From: Octopus bimaculoides
Lineage: Eukaryota
Direction of reading: 5' to 3'
DNA length: 64,000 bases
Assembly: GCF_001194135.2 (NCBI RefSeq)
Contig: NC_068987.1
Location: 90,158,325-90,222,324, forward strand
Position numbers and translations under genes: made by a program. Numbering within the stretch: position 1 is the first letter of the stretch; each line of letters starts with the position of its first letter. A model generated the notes under the pieces. That model was not told the origin of the DNA, did no database searches, and saw only the letters and a program-made list of their open reading frames with translations. Below are positions 47,620-61,610 of the stretch, piece by piece.

Positions 47620-47820
47620 GAGGGCTCTTGTCTTGCAAGTTACTTGGTGACCTCACTAGTGTTGGTGCTACATGAAAAGCACCTGGTATACTGTGTTAAG
47701 TGGTTGGTGCCAAGAAGGGGGCATACAGCTGTGGAAAACCCAGCCAAAGTAGATATTAGAACTTGGTGCAGCAGTCCTCTTGCTTACCAGGATGGAAAAT
47801 AGTCATGAAATGATGGAAGA
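47620..47820 (+). mobile_element. Diverged RTE LINE 3' end (family A)
   Basis: aaaagcacctggtatactgtgttaagtggttggtgccaagaagggggcatacagctgtgg. Confidence 0.65.
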
Positions 47821-49336
47821 TGATAGAATTGATGAAGAAGTATTTGGAACTTAAGTTGTGATGGAAAACTTCAATTGATACATAACAGGGTTTGACAAAC
47901 AAACATCTCTTTAGTATTTAACCCAACAACCAGCCTCTTATATTCACCTCAAATCCCAAAACCATTTCTTATTTTTCCTCATTTGCAACAACAATAACAA
48001 CTCAAATGTCATAATTTTCAACTTGTTTCAATGTTTTGTCTAAAAATTTATAGGAAAATAAAAATAACATAACCATGTGTCCTTAAAGTTTTGTCATTGC
48101 CCCATGGAATATTTTTTGTTCATCATCAAAACAGGTGTAGTGAGGCACAAGAAGCCAGCGCCATTTTGAACAAGATCTCACTGGTAGCCATTGTCATGTG
48201 CAAAGACAAGAACGAAATCTCGCCTGCAACCATTTGCCATGAGCGAGACGACAATGAGACTCTCGCCGGCAACCAATATTTAAGCAAGAGAACAATGGCA
48301 TTCTCTCTCTCACTCTTCTCGAACATGGAAAGCGGACGTTAAATGATGATGATGATGATGATGATGATGATGTTTAAAGTAATTTTGTTGCTGTTGTTGT
48401 TAATGAGGGAAAGTAAAAATGGTTTTGGCTTTGAGGATAGAATAAGGTGAGGACCGTTCAGTTGAAAACTTGATTTTTTTTTTCTTTAAATGGTATCAGC
48501 ACAAGTGGAAGTGGTTCACTGTGTTTATGTTGTGGAAGATGAGAGATGATGGAGAGGAAGAGAGAAAAGGGTTTACAGNNNNNNNNNNNNNNNNNNNNNN
48601 NNNNNNNNNNNNNNNNNNNNNNNNNNNNNNNNNNNNNNNNNNNNNNNNNNNNNNNNNNNNNNNNNNNNNNNNNNNNNNNNNNNNNNNNNNNNNNNNNNNN
48701 NNNNNNNNNNNNNNNNNNNNNNNNNNNNNNNNNNNNNNNNNNNNNNNNNNNNNNNNNNNNNNNNNNNNNNNNNNNNNNNNNNNNNNNNNNNNNNNNNNNN
48801 NNNNNNNNNNNNNNNNNNNNNNNNNNNNNNNNNNNNNNNNNNNNNNNNNNNNNNNNNNNNNNNNNNNNNNNNNNNNNNNNNNNNNNNNNNNNNNNNNNNN
48901 NNNNNNNNNNNNNNNNNNNNNNNNNNNNNNNNNNNNNNNNNNNNNNNNNNNNNNNNNNNNNNNNNNNNNNNNNNNNNNNNNNNNNNNNNNNNNNNNNNNN
49001 NNNNNNNNNNNNNNNNNNNNNNNNNNNNNNNNNNNNNNNNNNNNNNNNNNNNNNNNNNNNNNNNNNNNNNNNNNNNNNNNNNNNNNNNNNNNNNNNNNNN
49101 NNNNNNNNNNNNNNNNNNNNNNNNNAGAGAGAGAAAGAGAGAGAGAAAGAAAGAAAGGGAGAGAAAGAGAGAAAAGAAAGAGAGCAAGAGGAAGAGAGAG
49201 AGAGAGAGAGACTGCAGATGAGGAGAGGGATTAAGAGAGACAAAGAAGAAGATGAAAGAGGACACAGAAAATGCAGAGACTAGCAAAAGTGAAATGTTTT
49301 TCTCTTTATTTAAAAGGGTCTCCAAAAGTGACTAAC

Positions 49337-49497
49337 CTGCTTGAGTCCCCTCTGCGTAAGTGCTGAACACTCCATGTATTTCACAGCCCGGACCTTGTTA
49401 GCCATCTTGATTCCCTGTTCCCTTTTAATCGGAGATAAACCCTGTGAAGCTAGAGTCCCTATTGCTTCTTTATTCTCCCGTAAATCTATTTTTGTAC
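49337..49497 (-). CDS. Mtl: Mtl-like GTPase exon (161 nt)
   Basis: tttttgtag acceptor, gttagt donor. Reads (G)TKIDLRENKEAIGTLASQGLSPIKREQGIKMANKVRAVKYMECSALTQRGLKQ, containing G4 (TKxD), the Rho insert and G5 (CSAL); phase 1 to 0. Confidence 0.95.
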
Positions 49498-49699
49498 CTA
49501 CAAAAAGAAATAAAAGAAATAAAATTATAAACTCTACATTTTACCATTTCATGCTCCAAAAACAAAAAAAAAAAAGCACCAATTATGACAATGATTTCAA
49601 AGAAAAGCGCAATATTACAAATATTTGGGGAAAAGAAGAAGAGGAGTGACAGGAAGGACAATTGACTAAAACATTATATCCTTTTACTCGCCATGGTAA

Positions 49700-50090
49700 A
49701 TCAACTTATTGAATTCTTCAAGGAACTCTCACTCTCTGATGGATTCATCTATATTGCTAATCTATAGATCACCTTCTTCAGATTCTGAATGTTTACAGTT
49801 CTATATCTACCACCTCTCTGTCTTACAAACCCCTGCTACAACAGCCTCAGCTCTACTGGACCAACTAGATACATGTCTCCCTTACCTGGCTCCACCCAAC
49901 AACACTTGTCTTTCCTCTTTCTGTCCCTTCTGCCATGCCTGCCCACAGCACAATTCCATCCTCAATACATCCCTCCCCCCAACCCTTTTTTACTAAAACT
50001 GTAGCTCACTGGAATTCTCTGCCAATGTTTTTCTTACAAATATTAACCAACAAACATTCACAATGAGCACCAATCACGCCAACCTCACTT
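49700..50090 (+). mobile_element. Probable L2/CR1-group LINE 3' remnant
   Basis: C-rich stretch ending in TKTVAHWNSLP, an RTxxxWNSLP-like motif. Confidence 0.4.
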
Positions 50091-50454
50091 GTCTGGGAAT
50101 GTCTTCTAAAGTTCTGAGCATTGATATTCCTCCTGAAGCTAAACAGCGTCAATTCAATTGACCAGATATGGATTCAGAATACAGGTCGGTTCTTACAAAC
50201 CATTCTTAACAATGGCATAAGGTTGCACATTTCAGTGAAGGTGGGAGGGTAGTATATTCATATTTAAATATTTCTTTTGATTTTAGCAAAAAATCCTGGG
50301 AAGATGACAGGCAAAGTTTCCACTACAGGATTCCCCTTAAGTAATATCCTAGCTTTCATACCATTAGATTGTTAAGAGAAGCAACTTTCAAGTAAAAGAA
50401 AGTTTTTCTTTTAAATATTATTTATTTTCAAACATGAAAAAATATATGGCATTT

Positions 50455-50800
50455 TTATCTTTTACTTGTTTCAATCATTACACTGCAGCCATGCTGGGGC
50501 AACGCCTTAGAGAATTTTTAGTCGAATGAAGCAATCTCAGTTTTTACGTTTTTAAAAGCCAAGTATTTATTCTATCAGTCTCTTTTGCCAAACCGCTAAG
50601 TTAGAGACATAAACAGACACAATGACACACACACACCTAATATATACAATGGGCTTCTTTCAGTTTTTGTCTACCAAATTCACTCACAAGGCTTTGGTTA
50701 GCCCAAGGCTATAGTAGAAAACACTTGCCCACAGTATCATGCAGTGGGATTGAACCTAGAGCCATGTAGTTAGGAAGCAGATGTCTTACCACATAGCCAT
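50455..50800 (-). mobile_element. Family D SINE
   Basis: tttacttgtttcaatc...gcagccatgctgggg...cactcacaaggctttggttagcccaaggctatagtagaaaacacttgccc. Confidence 0.82.
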
Positions 50801-50887
50801 GTCTCTACAGTAGATGGAGAAAGTTCAAGAACAGACAAGTAAGGAAAGACATATTCGTTTCCATTTTTGTATTTAAACTATTTATTA

Positions 50888-51120
50888 AGGCATGGGGTGT
50901 AAGTGGTGATGGTGTTGCACTCACAACTGCAAGATCAAGGTTCCTGCACCAAGTAGCGTGTCGTGTTCTTGAGCAAGACATTCCATTTCACATTGCTTCA
51001 GTTCACTCAGCTGTAGAAACGGGTCACCCTGCAAGGGACCAGTATCCTGTTCAAGGGGAACATTGTGATCTGAGTCACTTATAATGCCAAGGAAATCAAG
51101 TGACCAACCCTATGAGTCCA
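50888..51120 (+). mobile_element. Family C-like SINE
   Basis: gtgttcttgagcaagacattccatttcacattgcttcagttcactcagctg. Confidence 0.7.
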
Positions 51121-51679
51121 AGAATTGATGAGGATAAAATCATTGTTTTATCCACTGAATTGGGTTGGACAGAACTACAATGGTGTCAATGATGATGAAA
51201 TGACAACTCTGCATCACAGTTGTGTTTTTGTATTAGTTTTCTTACAACTTAAGAAAAGTCGACAAATTAATGGTAAATATTTTGGAAGAATGAAAAACCA
51301 AGAACACAGTGAGCTTCCATATCTTAGAAAGCAGCAAGGACTATGTTTTATAGCAAGATTCCAACATATTTTCAGCTAACGTGAAGATGTGTTTGAAATA
51401 TTTATCTAATTTTAGCTCTGAACCAGAAATAGATGACAGATGGCCAGAGTTTGATGTCATGCATCTTGCTCCAGTCTCTGTTCATTGCTATTTTTGATAG
51501 TTTAGCCTTTAGTTTTCAAATAAATTGCTAGTTTTAGAATCATCACGAAAAGCTCCAGCAAGCCACGCTCAGCCTTGCTTGCGTAAAGCTGAGTACAATA
51601 CTGAGGTGTTGGTACTTGGTTAAATTACCTCTGTTGTTAGTTGAGCCTCAATTTATATTGCTATGTTAACCATTGGTAC

Positions 51680-52000
51680 AGGCATGGCTGTGTAGTTAAG
51701 AAGGTTGATTAGCAAATGCATTCAATATCACTGTGCAGTACGTTGAGCAAATGGCTTCTACTATGGCCTTGGGACAATCAATGCCTTGTGAATGAATTTA
51801 GTACACAGAAATCATGAGGAAGCCTGTTGACAATCAGTGTTGGTTTGTTTATGTCCTGGTAACTTAGAAATTTGACAAAAGAGAATGGTAGAATAAGAAC
51901 CAGACATAAAAATAATGGGGTTGATTTGTTTGACTTAAGCTCTTGAAAGCAGTGCCCCAGCTTGGCCACAGTCCAATGACTCAAACAAGTAAAAGATTAA
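51680..52000 (+). mobile_element. Family D SINE (diverged)
   Basis: caggcatggctgtgtagttaag...gcagtgccccagcttggccacagtccaatgactcaaacaagtaaaag. Confidence 0.72.
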
Positions 52001-53103
52001 ATCACCATTCTAGTTTTTTCTTATCATTGGATATCCATTTTTTTTTAATGATGTCAGAATTAAAATCGGTAACAGTTTTTCAAACAAAAGAGAGACGAAA
52101 CTAGTGGAGGTCCTTGGCAAAGTTTGAATCTATAAAAGCATCAAAGAAAGAACAATTGGGATTCTTTTGGATTAACAGGTTTGGAAAATATTCAAAGACA
52201 TCTAATCTAACCAAACAAGAGACTTTCATTGGTTCAAATATATGGATAGCAAAGACTTGTGAGCAGCAGAGACTTATAGGTAATAAAGGCTATCAGAATC
52301 CCTACAGTTCTTTAATTTATTAACATTGAGATTATTTCAACCACAATTTATTGATATAGAAGGAAGAACCAACCAGTTCTCCAGAGATAATTTTGAACCA
52401 GTGGCAGAGGTTGCTACATAATTGTTTGACTTACTAGAAATAGCAACCAATATCTCCTCAAATCATACTCTGCCCATTTTAAGGACATTTAAGATAATGG
52501 TCCTGGGTATAAGGTATGAAATAAAGCCAGAATAATCCTGAATGAAATATCTTTGATCATATGGCTGTATATTTAGATCTCACCCAGTGTTAAATAACAA
52601 TGGAATCAATTTAACCAGAATATTGGGAGACAAATATTGCACTCACCCAATTCTTGTTAATAAACTATGTCACTGTTGAGTATTTGAAAGTGAACACAGA
52701 GTGAACTGCAGTTACATAAAGAAAGTCTACCTTGGTTCCACAACCAGCTAAGAACATTAGGCTGGCGAATGAGAAAACTGCAGATATTGAATTTTATAGC
52801 TAAGTCCAAGTGGGAAAATAACAAAGAAAATTAACTTCTGAAGTTGGAAAAATTAAATTTCACAGTGACAACAATTGTAAACGCTAAACAATTTCACAAA
52901 GAAAAAAAAAATTTAATGATTTGAGCTTCAATGAAACATTTTAGAATATTTAGTTATCATTCTTCCAATATTTATTTCTGTCTGTCATAAGAATCTCTTC
53001 AGAGACATTATGCTGATGAAATAAGACAAGCTTCTATCTACAGCTATACTCAAACTATTCTGCAAACAGTTTAGTTGAGTCATGTGATACAAAGTTTACT
53101 TAC

Positions 53104-53221
53104 CAACCAATATGATTGGTGCATCTGGACAATGGTGTTTAATCTCTGGGTGCCATTTAGTTAGAACATTTTCATGTGAAGACGGGCTAACAACACTGAA
53201 GCATATCAAAAATACATCAGT
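53104..53221 (-). CDS. Mtl: Mtl-like GTPase exon (118 nt)
   Basis: poly-T ccag acceptor, gtaagt donor. Reads [39 protein letters not shown]; phase 0 to 1. Confidence 0.95.
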
Positions 53222-55224
53222 CTGGAAAAAAAAAAAAAATAAAGAGGATATTCATGCTTTTACTCTCATTGGGTGGAAATATCATTTTTAATATTATCAT
53301 ATGAAAATATATACAGACAAAATTACAAGTTGACAATTTAAATTGTTTACTTGTATGCATACAGATGTTTTTAGATATAATAGTAAAATGGTATATTTGG
53401 TTTTTGCATTTGGTTTGTAAGATTCTTGATGTGAACTTATATCAAAATATATTCAGTTGTATCTTGGGTGGGTCATTCTACCAATAATAAACACACACAC
53501 ACTGGTTCTGTTTTACTACTTTATTTTTATGTCAATTGGTTAATTGTGTAACCAACTAACTAATCGATTGTTTACCTAATCATTTTGTTGATCAATCAAT
53601 CAATCAGTTATGTTTGTCCAAGTCCTTTCATTACCATCCACAACCTCTTCAATGAGGCCCTCTCTACTCCAGGCCAGCTTCAGGTCTGTATGTCTTAGTT
53701 TTGTTCTTAGCTTATATATAGCTAAATGGATGTGAGTGGAAATGTGAGAGGGGAAGGAGAAAGAGATAATGTGCATATATATGTGTGCAAGTGCACAATG
53801 GTATGTGTGTGTGTGTGTGTGTGTGTGCATGCGTATGCACACATTTATGTATGGTATAGGATTTGTGAATGGAGTCAATGATAAAACATTCATTTCTTCA
53901 TATTTTTATTATTCGCATGATGACCCTCCCAAGAACTGGTATAGATTTGTCTTCTAAGAACATTAAATAAAACTAATCCAAGGTAACCTTTATGCATTTA
54001 AAACATTTCTGAAACATTTCCTTTCTCTCATGAAGGGCTTTGCGCAAGTGGCAGAACTTTCAGCTTCCCATGGCATACAAACTTATCCAAATATTCTGAG
54101 TTTTTTTTCTATAAACAATTTCTTTTACGATCAATACAATTTTGAACAAATCGCTATTCTCCAACTTTGTAAACTTGTGTCACTTAGCCATTTTGTTGGT
54201 GACATCATTAAAGGTTTTGCTTCCATATTGAATGAGAAAACACTATTTTCACCATAACCTTTATGTCTCTTCTTCAGATATGCAGTGCTTCATTTTCTAA
54301 TAACAATGAGATTACACTTTCCATGGTACCTCCCTATCCACTCCAAAGTGGACTAACCCATTAAAATTCAAATATCTTTACAAAGGCTATAGTATCATGC
54401 TAAAACAGAGAGATAATCCAAGCTCATTAATGACCCATCAGTAAGTGGATGGTACTATATCAATGTGACCAGTCACATCACATTTCAGCTTTGTAAACAG
54501 AGGCAAATAGTCATTAAAAGGTACACACATGCCTAACCCACACACACGTATGCATGAGGTGCATTGTCTAGCTCACACACACACACACACACACACATAC
54601 ACACACACACACACACACATACAAATTAAAAAGCACATGTTTGTTTTATGTGTGTGTGTGTCTGCATACACGTGTCTGCATAATTACAATGCATTACAAG
54701 ATTTTAACTTGTGACAAGTGAATTTTGAAGCCCATTCATTATAATTAAAGCAGTTTGATAGTTTTATGGTTGCAGTCGCACATTTCCATTGCCAGCAGAC
54801 TCAATTACTTTAATTACAACAAACAATGCCTTTAGCTGAACATTATTCAACAAAAGGTGCTTTGTTCCATTGAATGAAGGATATTAGGACAGGCACCACC
54901 GAGTGTAGATAAAAAGACAGCAACTGAGAATCTAAATGGTTTGTTTCTGATAATATGTGGTCAGGAGTTCAAGCTTTGGCTACAACCGTTGTATTCAATG
55001 TTGATCTCCAAGCATCTGCTATTAGCCAAATTGGTTCAGTCTGTGTTAGTGAAGAATAAATAGGTGCCATTGTTATGCCGCTGACCACTGCTATAATTGG
55101 CAGAAGGAAGAACAAGATACTACAACCAGAAGAAATAGAATGGAAATAGTAAAAATCCTATTCATGGTTCCTTGAAAGAATACACCAAAAAACCCCATCA
55201 CCACAAATACTATCACCATCAGCA

Positions 55225-55572
55225 GCAACAGACTCTTTTGCTCTCTGACTGACTCCCGTGTTGGAGGCACATAAAAAGCACCATTCGAGTGTGAGTGATG
55301 CCAGTGCTGCCTGACTGTCTCTCATGCCAGTGACACATAAAAAGCACCATTCGAGTGTGAGTGATGCCAGTGCTGCTTGACTGGCTCCCGTGCTGGTGGC
55401 ACATAAAAAGCACCCACTGCACTCTCGGAGTGGTTAGAGATAGGAAGGGCATCCAGCTGTAAAAACCTTGCCAGATCAGATTGGAGCCTGGTGCAGCTTC
55501 CTGGCTCGCCAGTCCTCAGTCAAACCGTCCAACCCATGTTAGCATGGAAAGCAGATGTTAAACGATGATGAC
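55225..55572 (+). mobile_element. RTE LINE 3' end (family A) with 66-bp tandem modules
   Basis: Starts of ggcacataaaaagcacc at about 55266, 55332 and 55398, then the core and GAT tail. Confidence 0.85.
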
Positions 55573-55879
55573 TTTTAAATAAGTTGTAATTATGCTGGTC
55601 AAGAGGGGAGAGTGGGTCACTTATTTAAATAATTCTAAAATGTTTACTATTATTTATTAACAGAATTCTGGAGAGAGGAAACAGCTGGAATATACCAACC
55701 CCAAAACATGACAGATCCTCTTTTGTTCTTCGGAAAGATTTAAATTCACAGTGCAACAGGATGCAAACCTAGGTTCTGCTAGCTCTTTGGTCACTCACTC
55801 AGATAACCCAGCCAGTTCCCTGCTCCTTCTCTTTCCCACCTCCTACTACTAATTAAGATAATTAAGGTTTCAAATTTTG

Positions 55880-56265
55880 GCCAGTAATATTGAATGGATG
55901 GGCAAGGAGATTATGTCAACCCCAGTACATGGCTGATACTCATTTTATCAACCCTGAAAGGATGAAAGGCAAAGCTGCCCTTAGCAGAATTTGAACTCAG
56001 AATGTCAAGAGCTGTTAGGAATGTTGATAAGCATTTTGTCCGATTTGCTAATGATTAAGGCAACCCATTGTCTCTCATTTCACCACAAAACCAGCAATTT
56101 TGAGTTAACACTATCAACCCTAGTATTTGACTGGTACCTTATTTTAATCAACCCCTGAAACAATGGAGAGCAGATGTGGTCTCAGTAGGATTTGAACTCA
56201 CTAAGTAGAGAGTTAAAACAATTACAGCAAAGAATTTGGTCTGAAGCTGTATTGATTCTACCAGC
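55880..56265 (-). mobile_element. Two diverged family B SINEs in tandem
   Basis: accctgaaaggatgaaaggcaaag...gaatttgaactcag and a second ccctgaaac...ggatttgaactcac unit. Confidence 0.7.
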
Positions 56266-57216
56266 AACAAAAAGAATCTTTTCTTTTCGATTAGGAACAA
56301 AAGGCAAACATCTCAAGAAGAATGCAACGAAAGAAGTTGCGTTAATCATTCTTTTCTCAAGTGCATTAAAAACATAACTGGATCAGCATTTCATCTTAAA
56401 ACTGCATCATCATCATCATTACCATCATCATCAAATATCCTTCAGGTTAGTATTGACAGAATTGTTTATTGATGTAGCAGTTACACTTCAAGTCATTTAC
56501 AGCTGAAATCTAGATCTTACAGGGAAATGTACCATGTTGTAAAAAGAGAAAAAAAAGCATAGCTGAGACTGCAGATATCACTCATGGGCAGCATAAACAC
56601 ACACACACACACACACACACAGATTCTCAATACACTTGGGGAAAACACACACGTGCACACACACACACAACATGCAAAAAAAGCAGTTACAGTCATACAA
56701 AAAGTATTTTACACACACAGTCTACATGCAAATAGTATCATACACAAACACACTAACAAAATGCAAAACATTTTGTACATTTATACACCCCCCCCAGTAT
56801 TAAAGTACTACACACACACACACACAGTGTGTAAATACAAAATCTATTACACAGACAGTCAATACTATAAGTATTACACTCACACACACTGTATCATGAT
56901 AGGAAACGTATTACATATACATGTAGAGAAAAATTAAAAAGGACCACACACACACACATCTCTACAGACTCCATAGTAAAAATAGTTTTGAGACTGAAGA
57001 CACCCCGCACCTCCATCCATTCTACTCCAAGTGCCATGACACACCATTCCACACCTTTTTACTTCTTCCAAACTGATTCATACAGTTACAGACCATCATC
57101 ACCAGTCTACTAACTCTGATGCCACCAATCCTTATTTACAATGAACTAAATATGTGTTAAACACACCTGCAGCATTGGAAAGAGTAGCAGGGAAAGGTGT
57201 GGCAACACACTCTGTG

Positions 57217-57253
<37 letters not shown>

Positions 57254-58524
57254 TCGGTAGATAGATGAGAGAGACATTGATGTACCGAGGAAGGAGTGTT
57301 TATTGGCAGAGAAATACAGGAAATGGCAGCCTTTTTAGAGCCATGGATTATATTATATAGTGAAGGATGTGTTGTGTGTGTGTGTGTGTCTGCACGCACA
57401 TGTCTGTGTGTGTCTGTGTGTTTAACAAACTACAGAACTGGGCTAATGATATTGCATCTGAATCATCTCACCATCAATAAGCAGTGTGTGTATGTGTGTG
57501 TGTGCGTGTGTGTGTATAAATACTAAGCTATTTGTTGTGGATAAGTCCTTTATTATTGGTTATTGATTACCTCATTTTTTTTCATACTGGTTTATGATGA
57601 CACTGACAACAACCCGTTAGTATTTTCCTTGCCTACATAATTCAGATAAGAGACCCCAATAATCTACAGTAAAATACATGTCTGAATATCCTGATTAACA
57701 TATTGTCCAAACGAGCTGATATAAAGAAGATAAAAAAAAACAATAAATTGTGCAAAACTGTTTTAAATTAACAAACTTAGTACCAAGTAACTAACGAGTC
57801 TTGATTGGTGGCAATCAAATCAGCTGAGTCACCTATTTTACACCACTATATATCTTAATAGTGTGTGTGTGTGTGTGTGTGTACATTTAGACATTTGGTC
57901 ACATACATTATATATTAGTGACAATTATAGTTTTCCTTTCTGGTAAAACATTGCAAACTGCTGTATATTTTAAATTTATATACATACATACATATATATA
58001 TTATAATAAAGGGTAAAAATCATTAATCATTTTACAAAGGGGTCAGTGTAAAAATAAAAACCTTACAGGTAAATTTTACAAATATTTTAATTATATACAT
58101 AATTATAACAAGGAATTGGCTGTAAGCCTCTCCATGCACTAGAAAAAAATAGACGCCAAAAGACGCTATTACTATTTAAAAAAACTCTATAACAACTCAT
58201 GTTTTATTTTTTTGAGTTTTTTAAGGTGATAATAGCATCTTTTGGCATCTATTTTTTTCTAGTGCATGGAGAGGCTTACAGCCAATCCTTTGTTATAATT
58301 ATGTATATAATTATTAAGATATTTATATATATATATATATATGCACACATACGCGTGCACACACACACATACATACATAAGAATGGCTCTCATATGTAAA
58401 GTAGCATTTAAAAAGATTTTATAATAAAAGAATTTACAATATTTGTGATGGATGTATTTTCTTGAAGTTTTATCTATGTTAGTGATACTGTAAACATAAC
58501 CCGTAGCTGAATGTTTCAGAACAT

Positions 58525-58688
58525 ATGTTTTTATATATATTTTATAGGAGTATGTGCATGATCATAGTGTGTGTGTATGAGTGTGTGTATGTGTGTGAGA
58601 GAGAGGGAGAGATATACCCACACACACATATATGCATACACACATATATATATATACATACATACACACATATATATACATACATATC

Positions 58689-58720
<32 letters not shown>

Positions 58721-58777
58721 TATATATATATATACATACATCTATATACACACACACACACGCACACATATATATAT
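58525..58777. repeat. Compound GT/GA/AC/AT dinucleotide tract
   Basis: Direct reading of the sequence. Confidence 0.92.
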
Positions 58778-59095
58778 CATCATCATTGTTTGACGTCTGC
58801 TTTCCATGCTGGCATGGGTTGGACGGTTTGACTGAAAACTGGTAAGCCATGTGGCTGCACCAGGTTCCAATCTGATTTGGCAAGGTTTCTATGGCTGGAT
58901 GCCCTTCCTAATGTCAACCACTCCAAGAGCGTAGTAGGTGCTTTTTACGTGCCACTGGCATGGGTGCCAATGACCTGACACTGGCATCGCCCATGACTAC
59001 AGTCTCACTTGGCTTGACAGGTCAACCACAAACACAGTATATTGCCAAAGGTCTTGGTCACCTGTCGCTGCCTCCATGAGGCCCAATGCTCAAAC
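58778..59095 (-). mobile_element. RTE LINE 3' end (family A)
   Basis: atcatcattgtttgacgtctgctttccatgctggcatgggttggacgg core plus the ORF-end region. Confidence 0.85.
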
Positions 59096-59934
59096 AGTGT
59101 TTTTACGTGCCACAACTACGAAGGATTTAGTCAAATGAGCCCAGTACTTATTTTTAGTTTGCAACTTAGCATCTCAGCAAAAGAGACTGACAGAATATGT
59201 AAGAGGGACATAAACAAACTAACACCAGATATAAAGTGTGTGTGTGGGGGGAAGGGGAAACAACACATATGACTCACTCCACTTTCTTTACACTACCAGC
59301 TACTGCTTCTTTCTCCATGGAACCTGCCATCCCTGATTCTCAAACTCCCTCCACTATTCTCAAAGATCATCTCCTTCCAATGCCTTCAGATGTCTCCCTC
59401 CCCTCTACCACACTCCATCTTATCACCTCATTATACTTATCATTCTCAACACCCCCACCATCATACCCACCCACTACACACACCCTTATCTACCCACATA
59501 TCTCCCTCACTGCTGCTCCTACACCTTACACATCCCCCACCCCCTATCTTATGATCTATCTATCCTCCTTCCTAAGCCTCTCCTCTTACCCACCCTCCAC
59601 AGATATTTCCCACCAACTGCACCTCTGCCCTTTCTCATTATTCAAAACATCTACCTCTGCTCCCATGTCATTTCCCCTCATATGCTTATAAAACTGCTCA
59701 CTCTCTCCTTCTCCTCTCTTATATTCATCTGCCTTGAGACTTTGCTCTGACACTCCATCTTCATCTTCCCAGTAAATACTATCCACCCTTATAATGCAGG
59801 ATGGTCAAGTGTCTCTTCTATAACAAGACACCACTTCTTGTCCCTCTCAGCACCTGGTATAAGGTCACCCCACCCCTTCCTATGACCCTCCTTCACTTAG
59901 TCTTACAAGCTTTTCTTTTTCTTGTCCTTTTCTG

Positions 59935-60145
59935 TCTTGTAACTTACTTGGCAACCCTATTAGTGTTGGTGGCACATAAAAAGCACCCAGTCCATTCAGT
60001 AAAATGGTTGGTGTCAGGAAGAGCATCCAGCTGTAGAAACCAAACCAAAGCTGACAGTGAAGTTTGGTGCAGCCTTGTGGCATGCAAGATCTTGTCAAAC
60101 TGCCCAATCCATGAATGCAAGGAAAATGGACATTAAATGATAAAT
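59935..60145 (+). mobile_element. RTE LINE 3' end (family A)
   Basis: ggcacataaaaagcacccagtcc...gcatccagctgtagaaacc...ggacattaaatgat. Confidence 0.75.
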
Positions 60146-60384
60146 GATGTGCATGTGTACATGTGTGTGTGTGTGTGCATGTGTGTATATGAACTTCAGG
60201 TGAGTTCAAATATGTGATATATTTCAACTTCTACTCACATCTGTTACCATGGAGAATTTTTTATATACAGTAATTGCAGTAAATTTGCCTTTAGAAGTTG
60301 AACTATATCACAAACATTTTAACTAACCTAAAGTTCAATTATGCCTAAATACTGCTGAAATACACACACACACACACACACACA

Positions 60385-60540
60385 CAAGAAGCTCCAACAC
60401 AGATTTCATCTACCAACTTCACTTACAAAGAATTGGTCTATAGTAAGAACTTTAGGAGAAGGGACCTGGAAGAGGCACTGAACAGTGGGACTGAACTCAA
60501 AACCATGTAACTGCAAAGTGAACTTCTTAATCATACAGCC

Positions 60541-60545
<5 letters not shown>
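60385..60545 (-). mobile_element. Family D SINE head next to a gap
   Basis: catctaccaacttcacttacaaag...gtgggactgaactcaaaaccatg...atacagccat. Confidence 0.65.
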
Positions 60546-60586
<41 letters not shown>

Positions 60587-61364
60587 NNNNNNNNNNNNNN
60601 NNNNNNNNNNNNNNNNNNNNNNNNNNNNNNNNNNNNNNNNNNNNNNNNNNNNNNNNNNNNNNNNNNNNNNNNNNNNNNNNNNNNNNNNNNNNNNNNNNNN
60701 NNNNNNNNNNNNNNNNNNNNNNNNNNNNNNNNNNNNNNNNNNNNNNNNNNNNNNNNNNNNNNNNNNNNNNNNNNNNNNNNNNNNNNNNNNNNNNNNNNNN
60801 NNNNNNNNNNNNNNNNNNNNNNNNNNNNNNNNNNNNNNNNNNNNNNNNNNNNNNNNNNNNNNNNNNNNNNNNNNNNNNNNNNNNNNNNNNNNNNNNNNNN
60901 NNNNNNNNNNNNNNNNNNNNNNNNNNNNNNNNNNNNNNNNNNNNNNNNNNNNNNNNNNNNNNNNNNNNNNGGGTGGAACCAAATATTTGTTAGTCTGAGA
61001 AGCACTGGATTAGGTTATTGGCAGGTGAAACTTCTTATATTTATGCAGAGATGAATTCCTATATTAATAGGTTAAATTGAAGAAAAAAAAAAAAAAAAAA
61101 TTAGCTGACAGCAGCTTATCTCAGTTTTCTAAGCAGATGGATGCCTATCTATCACATGCTATCAGAAATTTCTGGCAAAGCCAAAGCCTGCAAATGTGAG
61201 CCAGAAAACTTATTTTAAATATTTAGTCATTCAATACCCCCACCTTGATAGGATTTGAACCTCAGATGCATAATTACCAAAACTTGTTGCAAATAGTTTA
61301 TTGGTATCTATATTTTTATAAAATTTCCCAACACACACATACACTACATATATAAGGAGACAAA

Positions 61365-61610
61365 TGGCCAAATAGTTAAGGTGTGGCACTTATTATGATT
61401 GCTAGATTGTAGGTTTCATTCCTGGACTGAGCAGTGTGTTGTGTTCTTGAGCAAGACACTTCATTTCACATTGCTCCAGTCCACTCAGCTATGATGGACC
61501 AGCCTTTTGATCAGGGGCAATATTGGCCTGTTCATCTAACCAGCAGGGTGGCAGCATTCAAAAGCGAAAAGCAATGCAAAGTGCATTGTGACTAGTGATG
61601 TATAACAAAA
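61365..61610 (+). mobile_element. Family C-like SINE
   Basis: gtgttcttgagcaagacacttcatttcacattgctccagtccactcagct. Confidence 0.7.

Noticed and set aside
53600-53893. Minus-strand ORF ending TDLKLAWSREGLIEEVVDGNERTWTNITD near a GTPase exon
   Set aside because: It is not needed for the GTPase frame, which is complete without it. It begins in a CA repeat and has no clear splice sites or homology.
59236-59790. 151-aa Pro/Ser/Thr-rich ORF
   Set aside because: It lies in C/T-rich low-complexity intronic DNA antisense to the GTPase gene, with no splice context or recognisable domain.
30519-61054. Long ORFs in the track that run through X residues
   Set aside because: They are artefacts of translating N gaps; ORFs of poly-HT/CV/YI/N/L are likewise microsatellite translations.
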